The translations under genes and the position numbers were made by a program. Under the pieces are notes generated by a model. The model was not told the DNA's origin and ran no database searches. It worked only from the letters and a program-made list of their open reading frames with translations. Shown here piece after piece: positions 1 to 13,579 of a stretch of DNA of 64,000 nt (position 1 is its first letter; each line of letters begins with the position of its first letter). Source of the DNA: the human T2T-CHM13v2.0 reference genome, Homo sapiens; NCBI RefSeq assembly GCF_009914755.1, contig NC_060931.1; one strand, 5' to 3'.

Positions 1-1061
1 AGATCTTTCGAATCAGAGAACCATACTTATTCATCTCTGGATTCTCAATGCTTAATAAATGCCTCTGAGAAAAAGAATATTGTACATGAAGATTTGGTTT
101 TGATTAATGTTTTTTTTTCTTAGATGAGGAGGAGCTAACAATATAGAAGTCATTATAGGTAAGAGGGAGAGGCCTGCCGTTACTTCATTTGCAAAACAGA
201 TGATTGAACTATAGTCAATGTTTCCAAAGGTTTTGTTTTATTTTGAAAATAATTCTATAAGATTATCTTTCTTCATTGTAATATCTTGGGTACAGTGTTA
301 AGGAACAAGGTTATAGAGGTGGAGTTCTCCCCAAAAGTCTACTCTGCCAGTAAAGCGCAGGGGATCTGCTAAGTCAAGAGCTTAGGTTAGATAAGAGCTC
401 GCCTATGAGTTGTGCAGTTGTAAATCTGACCACATGAAATATTCTATTACTTGTTTAAAAGAAAAAAAATGCATTTGAAACAAATTGTTTTTGACTTTTC
501 AGTATGCACCTATATTTAAAATAAAAATGCCATAGTAAAACAATTAATTGGTTCAGTAGGATTTATGTTGAATAAATATTTCATAAAATCTGTCAGTGCA
601 TGTTAGTATTAATGCAAAGTTGCCTCACATATGATAACTTCAGGTATATAACTACTTTGACTGCCAGCTGACCATAGTTTATTATATATTTTGAGGAACA
701 TTAGCAGCTCCCTGCTAACAGTATAAACATGGAGAAAGTAGGGCAGAAACCACGGGGCTAAATGAATCTGCAATCGAACTTTATTATGAGAGAATTTTTG
801 AGAATCCTAAAAAGAAATAATGTAAAGAATACATTCACTATTATGTCTAAAAGTAGATGTTGTATGCTGAGAAAATTACTTACTCAAAAAATTGTAGAAG
901 CTCTAGTAATTATCCCACACCAGAAAAATGTATTTCAGATGTTTTGATTTATTTGTCTGTTTATTAAAACATTTTTCTAAAAGGAATTATTAGACAAAAA
1001 CTTGCTTGTTTCGAAATACCAAAACTAAGACAAAGAATTCAGGTGTTGGACCTTTATTTCT

Positions 1062-1190
1062 TAATTTTTTTTAAGAGACAGGGTCTCACTGTGTTGCCCA
1101 GGCTGGCCTTGAACTCCTGTGCTCAAGTGATCCTCCTGCCTCGCCCTCCAGAGTTGCTGGGATTGCAGTTACACACCACCATGCCCAGCC
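1062..1190 (-). mobile_element. Free left Alu monomer (FLAM)
   Basis: Single ~125-bp Alu monomer (reverse complement GGCTGGGCATGGTGG...GAGACCCTGTCTCTT plus A tail). AGGTGTTG flanks both sides (1041-1048, 1191-1198) as a TSD remnant. Confidence 0.9.
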
Positions 1191-1920
1191 AGGTGTTGCT
1201 TTTAAAAACTTTTCCATAACTATAAATTTTCATGAATTAAGACTAACGTCTTCTACATTCTTAATATAAAGTTGTAAGATGCATAGAATAGCAGTTAAGG
1301 AATGGTAAAAGAAAATGAGGATAGTACTTACCAATGTACAAGAAGTCATCTAAAACCAAAATAAGCCATAAGAAATATTGAAATTTTAATTTTAAGATGA
1401 AATATTTATAGGTACATTTCCAATATGCCATAGGTGGGGGGAAAGGATCCTTAATTAACTACTTGAAGATTGTCACCTGACAGTGACAAACTCCTACCAA
1501 AGATCCTAATTACTGTAAAAAGACTTGAAGTGGTAGCTTTTCAAAAATGTTAATTCAGGAACCAGTAAATAACAAAGAAGAATTATTGCTTATCAAAACT
1601 AGCTTTGAACAGTTGATAAAACTTGTCTAGAGTTTTACAAATCATTGAATCAATGGGCTGAGTAGGAAGAGAAAAACATGTCATTGACGATTTAAGAGAA
1701 ACATATTCTAGTATTTCCTTATACGGGAAGAACTAAAAAGTCATTGGGATTTATTTTCTGTATATTTGATGTTCATGTAAAACTTCTAGGCATTAACCAA
1801 CCAAGTCCCAGATGTTCAGTAGTATGGACTTTGCAGCAGAGTACAGACAGAAAATGTAAAGTTAAAAGAAGTGGCAGGGGAAGAAAAATAAAAAGGAAAG
1901 ATGAATAAATTTTAAAAAGT

Positions 1921-2289
1921 AAGTGGCACATATACACCATGGAATACTATGCAGTCATAAAAAAGGATGGGTTCATGTCCTTTGCAGGGATGTGGATGAA
2001 GCTGGAAACCATCATTCTCAAAAAACTAACACAGGAACAGAAAACCAAACACCGCATGTTCTCACTCATAAGTGGGAGTCGAATAATGAGAACACATGGA
2101 CACAGGGAGGGGAATATCACACACCAGGGCCTATCGGGGGTTGGGGGTTAGGGGAGAGATAGCATTAGAAGAAATACTTAATGTAGATGACGGGTTGATG
2201 GGTGCAGCAAACCACCATGGCACATGTATACCTATCTAACAAACCTGCACATTCTGCACATGTATCCCAGAACTTAAAGTATAATAAAA
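1921..2289 (+). mobile_element. 5'-truncated L1PA (L1PA6/7-like) 3' end
   Basis: ORF2 C-terminus (MEYYAVIKKDGFMSFAGMWMKLETIIL) followed by an L1 3'UTR ending AGAACTTAAAGTATAATAAAA. Confidence 0.95.
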
Positions 2290-3107
2290 GAGGTGAGCAT
2301 TAAAAAGGAACTCTTTGAAGTACATTTTGTACATTAACAAGTGGCTTTTACACCATGAAATACTAACATTTATATTACCTCATTTAATTCTTATATTTTA
2401 AATCTAATAAATCAAGTCTTAGAGGTGCTCAAAATTCAACAACTGAAAAGCTTAAGCTATTTTGAAAATTATCTGCTCAGATGTTTTCTTAGTTGTTAAA
2501 AATAATGGGAACCATTTTCCACTAAGCAAGTACTGTTGAACTCTTAGATAGTTAATAAAATAAGGCTACAATGATAAGAGAGGGCACACAGAGACTGTTG
2601 CAAGTTACATAAGTAGTGATGCGTATATGGTATTCTTGGAACAACACTGTTAATGATGGTTGTGCCTGAACTGAATACAAAATATTCTCAGAAGTACTTT
2701 ATAAGTGAGATTAGAATACAGATAGGTTTATCTATTTACTTAAACTCAAACATGATTTGCCATCTTGGCTTTAGAGTTAAAATTTTGAGAAACAGAATAT
2801 TGTCTCTCTACTTTGCCTTTACATTGTGGAGAACAAAGTGATATTAAATAATATATATATAATAAATTAGTATTTTCTTAATTATGCTCATAACTATAGC
2901 AACTACAGTCCCCTGAATATAATGATGGTGCATAGCCAAAATCTGCAATAACAAAGCTATTTAATTTGTAGTCTCCCAAACCAATGTAAATAAAAGTATC
3001 TAGCAATTTCAGTAATCTTCATTTAAATGGTAAAGTAGGTAAAATTAGTCTTTAATGATACTCTAAATTCCATCTTATTTACTTTATTCCGGTTCAAAAG
3101 AATAGTA

Positions 3108-3290
3108 TGCTATTTTGTCAATAAGAAGCACATTTTTCATATTTTAACGTCTCTGAAATTGAGATACCACTTTAAGTCAATATGATAAAAAATTATCATT
3201 GTCATGGTTAACTGGCATTTTTTTTCTTGGTGGTATGCAAATGACTGGTATGTTTTATAATAAATGGTATCCTGGATTTAGTGAAATTAG
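3108..3290. mobile_element. Degenerate MER104-like (TcMar-Tc2) DNA transposon
   Basis: GCACATTTTTCATATTTTAACGTCTCTGAAATTGAGAT resembles the recalled MER104 consensus; ends are degenerate. Confidence 0.4.
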
Positions 3291-3574
3291 GCAAATTAGT
3301 TATAAGGCATAGAATTCACAAAAAAATGTCTCCCTAGAGATATGTCTGAATATCCAATAATATTTAGATTGAAAACTGCAGGCATTACTCCTCTTAGGGA
3401 TGTACATATATAAAGTTTCAAAATTAAAAATGTCAAATAAACTAATGTTAGAATCACAAAGAATTATTTACTAAGGTAGACTTTCAGTCACTGTGATAAG
3501 TGGTGTTAAATATATTTTTTGTCATGACCTATTTCTGGCACCATTGAAATCTGTTACAGTTGCTTCAATCTTAA

Positions 3575-4140
3575 CTTTTAGACTCTTTGGCTACATGACT
3601 ATGGCCAAAGATTTAGCCTCTTTTAATCACAATTTCTTTATCTAAAAAATGGACATATTCAATCTAACTCATAGGACCATGAAGAGAATTACATGAGATG
3701 GCAGATATAAAGAAGTAGCACATATACACCATGGAATACTATGCAGCCATAAAAAAGAATGAGTTCATGTCCTTTGCAGGGACATGGATGAAGCTGGAAA
3801 CCATCATCCTCAGCAAACTAACACAGGAACAGAAAACCAAACACTGCATGTTCTCACTCATAAGTGGGAGTTGAACAATGAGAACACATGGACACAGGCA
3901 GAGGAACATCACACACTGGGGACTGTTGGGGGGTGGGGGGAAAGGGGAGGGAGAGTATTACGACAAATACCTAATGCATGCGGGGCTTAAAACCTAGATG
4001 ACGGGTTGGTAGGTGCAGCAAACCACCATGGTACATGTATACCTATGTAACAAACCTGCACATTCTGCACATGTATCCCAGAACTTAAAGTAAAATAATT
4101 TTTTAAAAGAAGCAGCACAGTTCCTATCACATAAATGATA
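3575..4140 (+). mobile_element. MIR, split by an L1 insertion
   Basis: MIR core (TTTCTTTATCTAAAAAATGG...ATGAGATG) on the left continues as AGCACAGTTCCTATCACATA after the L1. Confidence 0.65.
3718..4105 (+). mobile_element. 5'-truncated L1PA8-like 3' end with TSD
   Basis: ORF2 C-terminus plus 3'UTR with AATGCATGCGGGGCTTAAAACCTAGATG. TSD AAAGAAG(T/C)AGCACA at 3709-3722 and 4106-4119. Confidence 0.95.
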
Positions 4141-5359
4141 TAAGCTTTTCTTAAAATGTATCCTTGAAATAAATGATTCTGAAAACTGAAATTTGTCAGA
4201 GGTAGTAGGAAGTATTCCTGATGACTGGCTTAGCTTGACAGCAGATCAGGTTGATAAAGTATGTTTGAACTAAACACTGTTAAAGTAGTCTAGAGGATGA
4301 ATGTCCTCTGCTCATTTTAGTACATGATTAGCAGGACACAACAGGATGAAGGATGAAAAACAAAACTCCTGTTATGAAGTGACTGCATTCATCAATCAAA
4401 GGTCTATGCCAGAGTCTCTCAAACAGAAGGGGAGAGCATCATGTTGGGGGCACCACTCTGTGAGATGGGCAATGCAGTTAAATACCAAAATACTTTTCAC
4501 ATCATTTAACACCAGGTGGCTCTAAGCATAATCCTGCATAGGTAGGTAGGTATGTAGATAACTACCTCAGACATTTCCTAAGACTTTCTTAGAGTTTGAA
4601 ATCTTTAGCACTAGACTCACTTTGGCTTAAATACATGATTTCTAAAAGGCCACTGCACAAATGTACAATGATCACACAGAAGAGATATTTTCTTGACAGT
4701 TTAGTATAAATTAGCATGTCAGATTGTATAGAGAAGGAAACAGAAACTGCACCAAATAAGGTTGATGGAGATGAGAAAAATTTAGAGTCTCAGGACAAGG
4801 AGGGCAAAAACTCTAGCAGCAGGAAAACAAAGTGAATGATCTGGACAGATGGAAGCATCTAACTGCTTTGTTATTGGGAAAAGAATAAATATAAAGTTGA
4901 CGTTCTAAACAACAAGAACTAGACTGGTATTTCATTGCTCTGTCTCCAGTTCCTGGCAGGGAACATGGCACAAAATAGGCTTTCAATAAATATTTGTTAA
5001 ATAAAAAAAGGGATGAATGAGACATTTAAAAAATATATTTTAACTGTCTCTATAATTGCTAAAATTTCAAAGAGTAAAGTAAGTTTCATTTTTGCATACT
5101 TATGTAAAACAAGAGCATCACAAAACATAGGTGAATCATGTTGTATCAGGCATATGCTGATGTTCAAAAACCGTAAGGTGACCTGTAAGACATTTAAACC
5201 TATGTAGTAAACAAATGACTTAAGATGTCAGGTTCTTTTTTTATTTTTTATTTTTTTACTGATACAAAAAGAGCATTTATTTGGTTTTGAAATGCATTTG
5301 TGTGAATTGATGTTGGGGATGGGGGCAGAGCAAAAACAAGATACAGCCTCCTATTTTTT

Positions 5360-5442
5360 CTTAATAATTGCAATTTTTATTTTAGATATGGGGTACATGT
5401 GCTGGTTTGTTATATGGGTATATTGCATGATTTTGAGGTTTA
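5360..5442 (-). mobile_element. Short old L1PA/L1PB 3'-end fragment
   Basis: GGGTACATGTGCTGGTTTGTTATATGGGTATATTGCATGA matches an antisense L1 3' terminus. Confidence 0.65.
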
Positions 5443-7423
5443 GATGGCAGGTTCTTGAATGCATGGACCATGCTGTTTTTAATCTTTGTAAACCCAGTGT
5501 TCATCACAGTGCATGACATATGATAGGTATTCAATAAATGATGGTTAAATTAATGGGATTTTAATATACACAGTTAATCATCCAAAAGCTTTGTGCATAT
5601 TTTGTCTAATAATCCAGAAAATTGACAGTATAGTTACTGTGCAGACATAGTCAATGGCATGCCTCTCATCTATTGATGTGTTATAATTCGGTTCATTTAA
5701 TTGTGCTTATGTTTTTACTGTGTTGTATTTTCTGAATGAGAATATGTTTGCTCTTTTGCCAAATTTTTTCTCATCCATATTTACATGTATACTGACAAAT
5801 TAATGTATTTCAGTGGCCTTATGTTTCTGTTGAACAGCCATGAGATGTTTTATTTGCAGCATCTGTGTATTTTAAGATATCATTCTGTCTCAGAGATGCC
5901 AATTTTTTGTGTAAACGAAAATGAGAAAATGAGATTAAACATGGGTAAAATAAAAGAGAGTCTGTAGAGTTTTCTCAGAATATATATTTTAGTCTCTTCC
6001 TGGAGATTCTGATTTAGTTTTGCAGGGGAGTGAGGGTTGAGGAAATTAGAATATACTGTGTGGTTTCAGTCTGAATGTACACACACACACACACCTTATA
6101 ACCACCTCAGTTTTAACACTATGAATCTTATCAGGGTGGGGCTAATTGCAATCTGGGAAAGGTGCCCATGCTTCAGAAACCTTCCCACCACCACAGTTTG
6201 ATTTAATCCATGTGCTTCCATTCTCAAACCACCAGTGAATTCACAATCTATTAATATTTACAAATATTTATTTGTGATTTAAAAATCTTAAAAAATGGTA
6301 ATTAACCCCATAGTAATTGTTATTGAATCTTCTCAAGGAGATTACTTCTACTCTCATTATCTTGTTTTCAAGTTCATCTGAGAAAATACAATGAATTTAA
6401 AGGAAGAAATAGCGAGAATTGCATCAAAATGTGGAAGCCAATGTCAACTGGTGAAGATCTAACTGGTACATTTTCGTTAACAGACTTCCTTTTAATCTAA
6501 TTATGCCTTTCAGGTTAAAAAAATCTCACAGAAGTTTTAGTTCCATTTTTTTTTTTTTTTTGCAAAAGAAAAAGCATTTTATTGTGTGGCTGAGAGATAG
6601 TGTTTTTCAAATTATAGGAGAACAAAGATCCTTTTGGTAAACTACATAAAATGTATTCCTTTACAATACTGGCTACAACCCATACTTCCCCTCTTTTATT
6701 TTTTATTCTATAAAAGCCAGGATAAATTAAGTGGCAAGAGCAAAATTGCAATAATATGAGTTTTTAAAGTAGAAAATGACTCAATTATTAATTGCCTCAA
6801 GGAACTAAGATGGTCATTGTAACAAAGATGTTAACAGCATTGTAAAAGATAACAAATTTAGACAACAAGAGGATTAGATATTAACTTCTTATAGAATATT
6901 TGGAATATAGCATTGCAAAATATTTTATAGAAAAATGTGGTGTTATTACATTTACTGAGAACACAGAATTATCAACAGTTCTGGATTTTAATTAATTTTG
7001 ATTGTTTTAGAGATAGGAATAAATGGAAGGAATAACTCCAGTGCCTAGCGTGGTACCAGGTACAAAGTTAGTGAAAAATATACATTTGTTGAATAAATTT
7101 GCAATGGAATATTTTTTTTGCAGGTTATAAATGTTACAGACAGATATGGATATTAAAAATCCCACATCTTTATCTCCCATTTATTGTAATCTGCACCAGT
7201 CTTTTCTTTAATTCTTTACTCTTTATTCATGAATTAGAAATGAAGCAGAGACATTGGAAGTTTGATATTTTCACAGTGATTTAATGCTAATATTTTGATA
7301 TTGGCCAACTTGGGGGCCAATATTCTAATCCTTATAGAGAAGTTGTATTAGTTCTAATGATGATTAGTTTAAAAGTTTTCTTCAATGATGAAACAGTGTC
7401 TTCAATATAAAAGACACATAAGT

Positions 7424-8746
7424 GTGGCTGGCAAGATGGCCGAATAAAAACAGCTCCGGTCTGCAGCTCCCAGCCAGGTCAGCACAGAAGGTGGGTGATT
7501 TCTGCATTTCCAGCTGAGGTACCTGGCTCATCTCACTGGGACTGGCTAGACAGTGGGTACAGTGAACCGAAGCAGGGTGGGGCATCACCTCACCCAGGAA
7601 GTGCAAGGGGTCAGGGAACTCCCTCCCCTAGCCAAGGGAAGCTATGAGGGACTGTGCCTTGAGTAATGGTGCACTCCTGCCCAGATACTATGCTTTTCCC
7701 ACAGTCTTCACAACCCGCAGACCAGGAGATTCCCTCAGGTGCCTACGCTACCAGGGCCCTGGGTTTCAAGCACAAAACTGGGAGGCCATTTGCGCAGACA
7801 CCAAACTAGCTGCGGGAGGTTTTTTTCATACCCCCGTGGTGTCTGGAATGCCAGTGAGAGAGAACAGTTCACTCCCCTGGAAAAGGGGCTGAAGCCAGGG
7901 AGCCAAATGGTCTAGCTCAGTGGATCTCACCCCCACAGATCCCAACAAGCTAAGATCCACTGGCTTGAAATTCTTGCTGCCAGCACAGCAGTCTGAAGTC
8001 AACCTGGGATGCTCAAGCTTGGTGGGGGGAGGCGTGTCCACCATTACTGAGGCTTGAGTAGGCAGTTTTCCCCTCACAGTGTAAACAAAGCTGCCAGGAA
8101 GTTTGGACTGGGCAGAGCCCATCCCAGACCAGCAAAGCTGCTGTAGCAAAACTGCCTCTCTAGATTCCTTCTCTCTGGGCAGGACATCTCGGAAGGAAAG
8201 GCAGCAGCCCCAGTTAGGGGCTTATAGATAAAACTCTCATCTCCCTGGGACAGAGCGCCTGAGGGGAAGGGTCAGCTGTGGGTGCAGCTTCAGCAGACTT
8301 AAGCATTCCTGCCTGCCGGCTCTGAAGAGTGAGCGGATCTCCCAGCACAGTGCTCCAGCTCTGCAGAAGGACAGACTGCCTCCTCAAGTGGGTCCCTGAC
8401 CCCGATGCCTCCTGACTGGGAGACACCTCCCAGCAGGGGTTGACAGACACCCCATACAGGAGAGCTCCAGCTGACATCTTGTGGGTGCCCCTCTGGGACG
8501 AAGCTTCCAGAGGAAGGAACAGGCAGCAGTCTTGCTGTTCTGAAGCCTCCAATGATGATACCCAGACAAACAGGAGTGGACCTCCAGCAAACTCCAGCAG
8601 ACCTGCAGAAGAGGGGGCCTGACTGTTAGAAGGAAAACTAACAAACAGAAAGAAATAGCATCAACAACATCAAAAAGGATGTTCACATAGAAACCCAATC
8701 CAAAGGTCACCAACATCAAAGACCAAAGGTCGATAAATCCATGAAG
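7424..8746 (+). promoter_or_regulatory. L1 5'UTR internal promoter region (activity unknown)
   Basis: YY1-type CAAGATGGCC near the 5' end; most GC-rich stretch in the window, with CpGs largely decayed. Confidence 0.55.
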
Positions 8747-9772
8747 ATGAGGAAAAGCCAGCACAAAAAGGCTGAAAATTGCAAAAACCAGAATGCCTCT
8801 TCTCCTCCAAAGGATCACAACTCCTTGCCAGCAAGGGAGCAAAACTGGATGGAGAATGAGTTTGATGAATTGACAGAAGTAGGCTTCAGAAGGTGGGTAA
8901 TAACAAACTCCTCCGAGCTAAAGGAGCATGTTCTAACCCAATGCAAGGAAGCTAATAACCTTGATACAAGGTTAGAGGAATTGCTAACTACAATAACCAG
9001 TTTAGAGAAGAACATAAATGACCTGATGGAGCTGAAAAACACAGCAGGAGAACTTCATGAAGCATACACAAGTATCAATAGTCGAATCAATTAAGTGGAA
9101 GAAAGGATATCAGAGATTGAATATCAACTTAATGAAATAAAACGTGAAGACAAGATTGGAGAAAAAAGAACGAAAAGGAAGGAGCAAAGCCTCCAAGAAA
9201 CATGGGACTATGTGAAAAGACCAAATCTAAGTTTGATTGGTGTACCTGAAAGTGACAGGGAGAATGGAAACAAGGTGGAAAACACTCTTCAGGATATTAT
9301 CCAGGAGGAATTCCCCAACCTAGCGAGATAGGCCAACATTCAAATTCAGGAAATACAGAGAACACCACAAAGATACTCCTTAAGAAGAGCAACCCCAAGA
9401 CACATAATCATCAGATTCAGTAAGGTTGAAATGAAGGAAAAAATGTTAAGGGCAGCCAGAGAGAAAGGTTGGGTTACCCACAAAGGGAAACCCATCAGAC
9501 TAACAGTGGATCTTTCTGCAGAAACCCTACAAGCCAGAAGAGAGTGGGGGCCAATATTCAACATTCTTAAAGAAAATAATTTTCAACCCAGAATTTAATA
9601 TCCAGCGAAACTAAGCTTCATAAGCGAAGGAGAAATAAAATCCTTTACAGGCAAGCAAATGCTGAGAGATTTTTTCACCACCAGGCCTGCCTTACCAGAG
9701 TTCATGAAAGAAGCACTAAATATGGAAAGGAAAAACTGGTGCCAGCCACTGCAAAAGCATACCAAATTGTAA
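8747..9772 (+). pseudogene. Disrupted L1 ORF1p
   Basis: ORF-track fragments MRKSQHKKAENCKNQNASSPPKD... and EERISEIE...WDYVKRPNL. In-frame stops at ~9092 and ~9329; terminal TAA at 9770-9772. Confidence 0.93.
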
Positions 9773-9835
9773 AGACCATCGACACTATGAAGAAACTACA
9801 TCAGCTAACAGGCAAAATAACCAGCTAGCATCATA

Positions 9836-11695
9836 ATGACAGGGTCAAATTCACACATAACAGTATTAGCCTTAAACGTAAATGGGCTAAATGCCCCAAT
9901 TAAAAGACACAGACTGCCAAATTGAATAAAGAGACAAGACCTATTGGTGTGCTGTATTTGGGAGACCCATCTCATGTGCAAAGACACTCATGGGCTCAAA
10001 ATAAAAAGAAAAGTGGAGGAAGATGTACCAAGCAAATGGAAAGCAAAAAAAATCAGGGGTTGCAATACTAGTCTCTGATAAAACAGAATTTAAACCAACA
10101 AAGATAAAAAAAAGACAAAGAAGGGCATTACATAATGGTAAAGGGATCAATGCAACAAGAAGAGCTAACTATCCTAAATATATACGCACCCAATACAGGA
10201 ACACTCAGAATCATTAAGCAAGTTCTTAGAGACCTACAAAGAGAATTAGACTCCCAAACAATAATAATGGGAGACTTTAACCCCCCACTGTCAATATTAG
10301 ACAGATCAACACAACAGAAAATTAACAAGGATATTCAGGAATTGAACTCAGCTCTGGACCAAGTGGACCTAATAGACATCTACAGAACTCTCAACCCCAA
10401 GTCAACAGAATATACATCCTTCTCAGCACCACATCACACTTATTCTAAAATCAACCACATAATTGGAAGTAAAACACTCCTCAGCAAATGCAAAAGAATG
10501 GAAATCATAGCAAACAGTCTCTCAGACCACAGTATAATCAAATTAGAACTCAGGATTAAGAAACTCACTCAAAACCACACAACTACATAAAAACTGAACA
10601 ACCTGCTTCTGTATGATTACTGGGTAAGTAGCAAAATTAAGGCAGAAATAAATAAGTTCTTTGAAACCAATGACAGCAAAGACACAATGTATCAGAATCT
10701 TTGGGTCACAGCTACAGCAGTGTTTAGAGGGAAATTTATGGCACTGAATGCCCACAGGAGAAAGTGGGAAAGATCTAAAATCGACACCCTAACATCACAA
10801 TTAAAAGAACTAGAGAAGCAAGAGCAAACAAATTCAAAAGCTAGCAGAAGACAAGCAATAACTAATATCAGAGCAGAACTGAAGGAGATAGAGACACGGA
10901 AAACCCTTCAAAAAATCAATGAATCCAGGAGCTGGTTTTTGAAAAGATTAACAGACAGACCGCTAGCTACACTAATAAAGAAGAAAAGAGAGAAGAGTCA
11001 AATAGACACAATAAAAATGATAAAGGGGATATCACCACTGATCCCACAGAAATACAAACTACTATCAGAGAATAGTGTAAACACTTCTATGCAAATAAAC
11101 TAGAAAATCTAGAAGAAATGGATAAATTCCTGGACACATTCATCCCCCCAAGATTAAACCAGGAATTAGTCGAATTCCTGAGTAGACCAATAACAAGTTT
11201 TGAAATTGAGGCAGTAATTAATAGCCTACCAACCCAAAAAAGTCAAGGACCAGATGGATTCACAGCTGAATTCTACCAGAGGTACAAAGAGGAGCTGGTA
11301 CATTCCTTTTGAAACTATTCCAAACAATATAAAAAGAGGGACTCCTCCCTAAATCAATTTATGAAGCCAGTATCATCCTGATACCAAAACCTGGCAGAGA
11401 CACAACCATAAAAGTAAATTTCAGGCCAATATCCCTGATGAACATTGATGTGAAAATCCTCAATAAAATACTGGCAAACCGAATCCAGCAGCACATCAAA
11501 AAGCTTATCCACTGTGATCAAGTCAAGGCAATGGCAACAAAAGCTAAAATTGACAAGTGGGATCTAATTAAACAAAAGAGCTTCCACACAGCAAAAGAGA
11601 CTATCAACAGAGTGAACAGGCAACCTACAAAATAGGAGAAAATTTTTGCAATCTATCCATCTGACAAAGGGCTAATATCCAGAATCTACAAGGAA
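9836..11695 (+). pseudogene. Disrupted L1 ORF2p (endonuclease present, RT core deleted)
   Basis: ATGACAGGGTCAAATTCACAC start; endonuclease motifs NIYAPN, GDFN and SDH; frameshifts and stops; fusion IHCDQV|[12 protein letters not shown]. Confidence 0.93.
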
Positions 11696-12828
11696 GAGAG
11701 AGAAAGAGAGAGGATGTCAAGGTCATTGAGAGCATGCATTTACCAAACCAGTGATTAGCAAGATCATTTTGTATGCTCTAACTTGCTAAGAGAGTTTTAC
11801 CTCATTATTCCAAATGCATTATTTCCAAAGTCTACAAACATCCAAGCTATATATGTAAACATATTTGTCCAGTGAGTTCTTTGAAATTGAAGGTGTTTGT
11901 GGAAACTGAGGTCATTAATGATTTATAAGTGATTTTGTTATTGATTTTATTTGGAAGCCCTTAAATGAATAATTTATCAATGAATATAGAGTGAGTAGGA
12001 GGTAGGGTGTGGCTTGGGTGTGCATCAGAATTATTATGCAATTTGAGAGTTTCTGCAAAATTCCTTAATGGTTCTGATTAATTCTTCCTTTGGTGAGCAG
12101 AAGAGGAAGGATTTGAAAATGATGTTTTTCAAATTACAACTCCCTTACCCACAGCAATATTCTAATTATAAAGACAACAGTCTGAAGTGAGAAGATGCTT
12201 TACGAAATACGATTGGTTCAGAAATAACACTGCTTATTTCTGCTTCCAGCTGGGAACTACTACTCTAAATGATTCTTCCACATTGACAAGGCTTCAGAAA
12301 GGTTCTTCATAGCTGGTTCCATGGGCAGTATGTGCTAAGGCAGTTATAGTTTTCCATTATCTAAATGTTAAGAAAGACTCATGGCTCATGATTAGTATAA
12401 TAAATTTCTATCTCATATTCAGATAAGCAGAACAATATTCTTGGAAGGCATATGATGTCATGATTTCATCTTAAAAAATCTAAAAGTATTTCATATAGCT
12501 TGCAGAAATAATGTTGTCTTACCTATGATGGGATATGACAATAAATCAATAAAATTTTATTGTCTGATTTTTAGAGATTTTTTTTCTCTTGTGATTGTAT
12601 CTCTATAGCTCTGGATATTCAGGGATGTGAAAAGTGTTAAGGATAATTTACCCTGTCCTTAACAGTTTTCAATACACACACATCAGAGAAATCATACGGA
12701 AACATCGCTTTTACTTTATAATGAGGAAACTGAGGCTCAGAGATCTTTCATGCCCTAATTCCTATTTCGTTGTTATTTATGCTAAAGTATGACACTATCA
12801 TTTTTATTTGACATCCTGTACAAATGTA

Positions 12829-13529
12829 CAGTTACACTTAGCTTAATGATGAGGAGACATTCTGGGAAACGCATTGTTAGGCAATTTTGCCACTTTGCAA
12901 ACATCATAGCATGTACTTACACAAACCCAGATCATATAGCCTAAGTGTGTAGTAACACACTTAGATTATATGGTATAGCCTATTGCTCCTAGACTACACA
13001 GCTGCACAGTATTTTAGTGTATTGAATACTGTAGGCAATTGTAACACAGTAAGTATCTAAACATATCTAAATATAGAAAAATTATAGTAAAATATGGTAT
13101 AAAAGATAAGAAATGTTACCCTTATATAGGGCACTTACCATGAATAGAGCTTGAAGGCCTGGAATTTGCTCTGGGTGAGTTGTGAATGAGTGGTGAGTGA
13201 ATGTGAAGGCCTAAGACATTGCTTTGCAGGTCTGTAGACTTTATAAACACACTAAATTTATTTAAATTTTTTTCTTTCTTCAACAACAAATTAACCTTAG
13301 CTTACTGTAACTTTTTTGCTTTATAAAATTTTTTAAGTTTTCAAAACTTTGTGACTCTTTTGTAATAACACTTAGCTTAAAACACAAGCCATTGTGTAGA
13401 TATACAAAAATATTTCCTTTCTTTATATCTGTATTCTATAATCTTTTTACTATTTAACTTTTTAAAAAACTTTTTAAAGTTTGTGTTAAAAACTAAGGCG
13501 TGTGTGCACACCCGCTCACCTGCGTGCGC

Positions 13530-13579
<50 letters not shown>

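Larger units (their letters stand above)
7424..11695 (+). mobile_element. L1PA7/8-like LINE-1: 5'UTR present, internally deleted, 3' end missing
   Basis: Starts GGCTGGCAAGATGGCCGAATA; ~1.3-kb 5'UTR, ORF1, and the ORF2 endonuclease region. Jumps at 11524/11525 and stops at ATCTACAAGGAA with no 3'UTR or poly(A). Confidence 0.97.

Noticed and set aside
7382-11635. Numerous ORFs on both strands as genes
   Set aside because: They are broken L1 ORF1/ORF2 fragments or antisense and 5'UTR translations.
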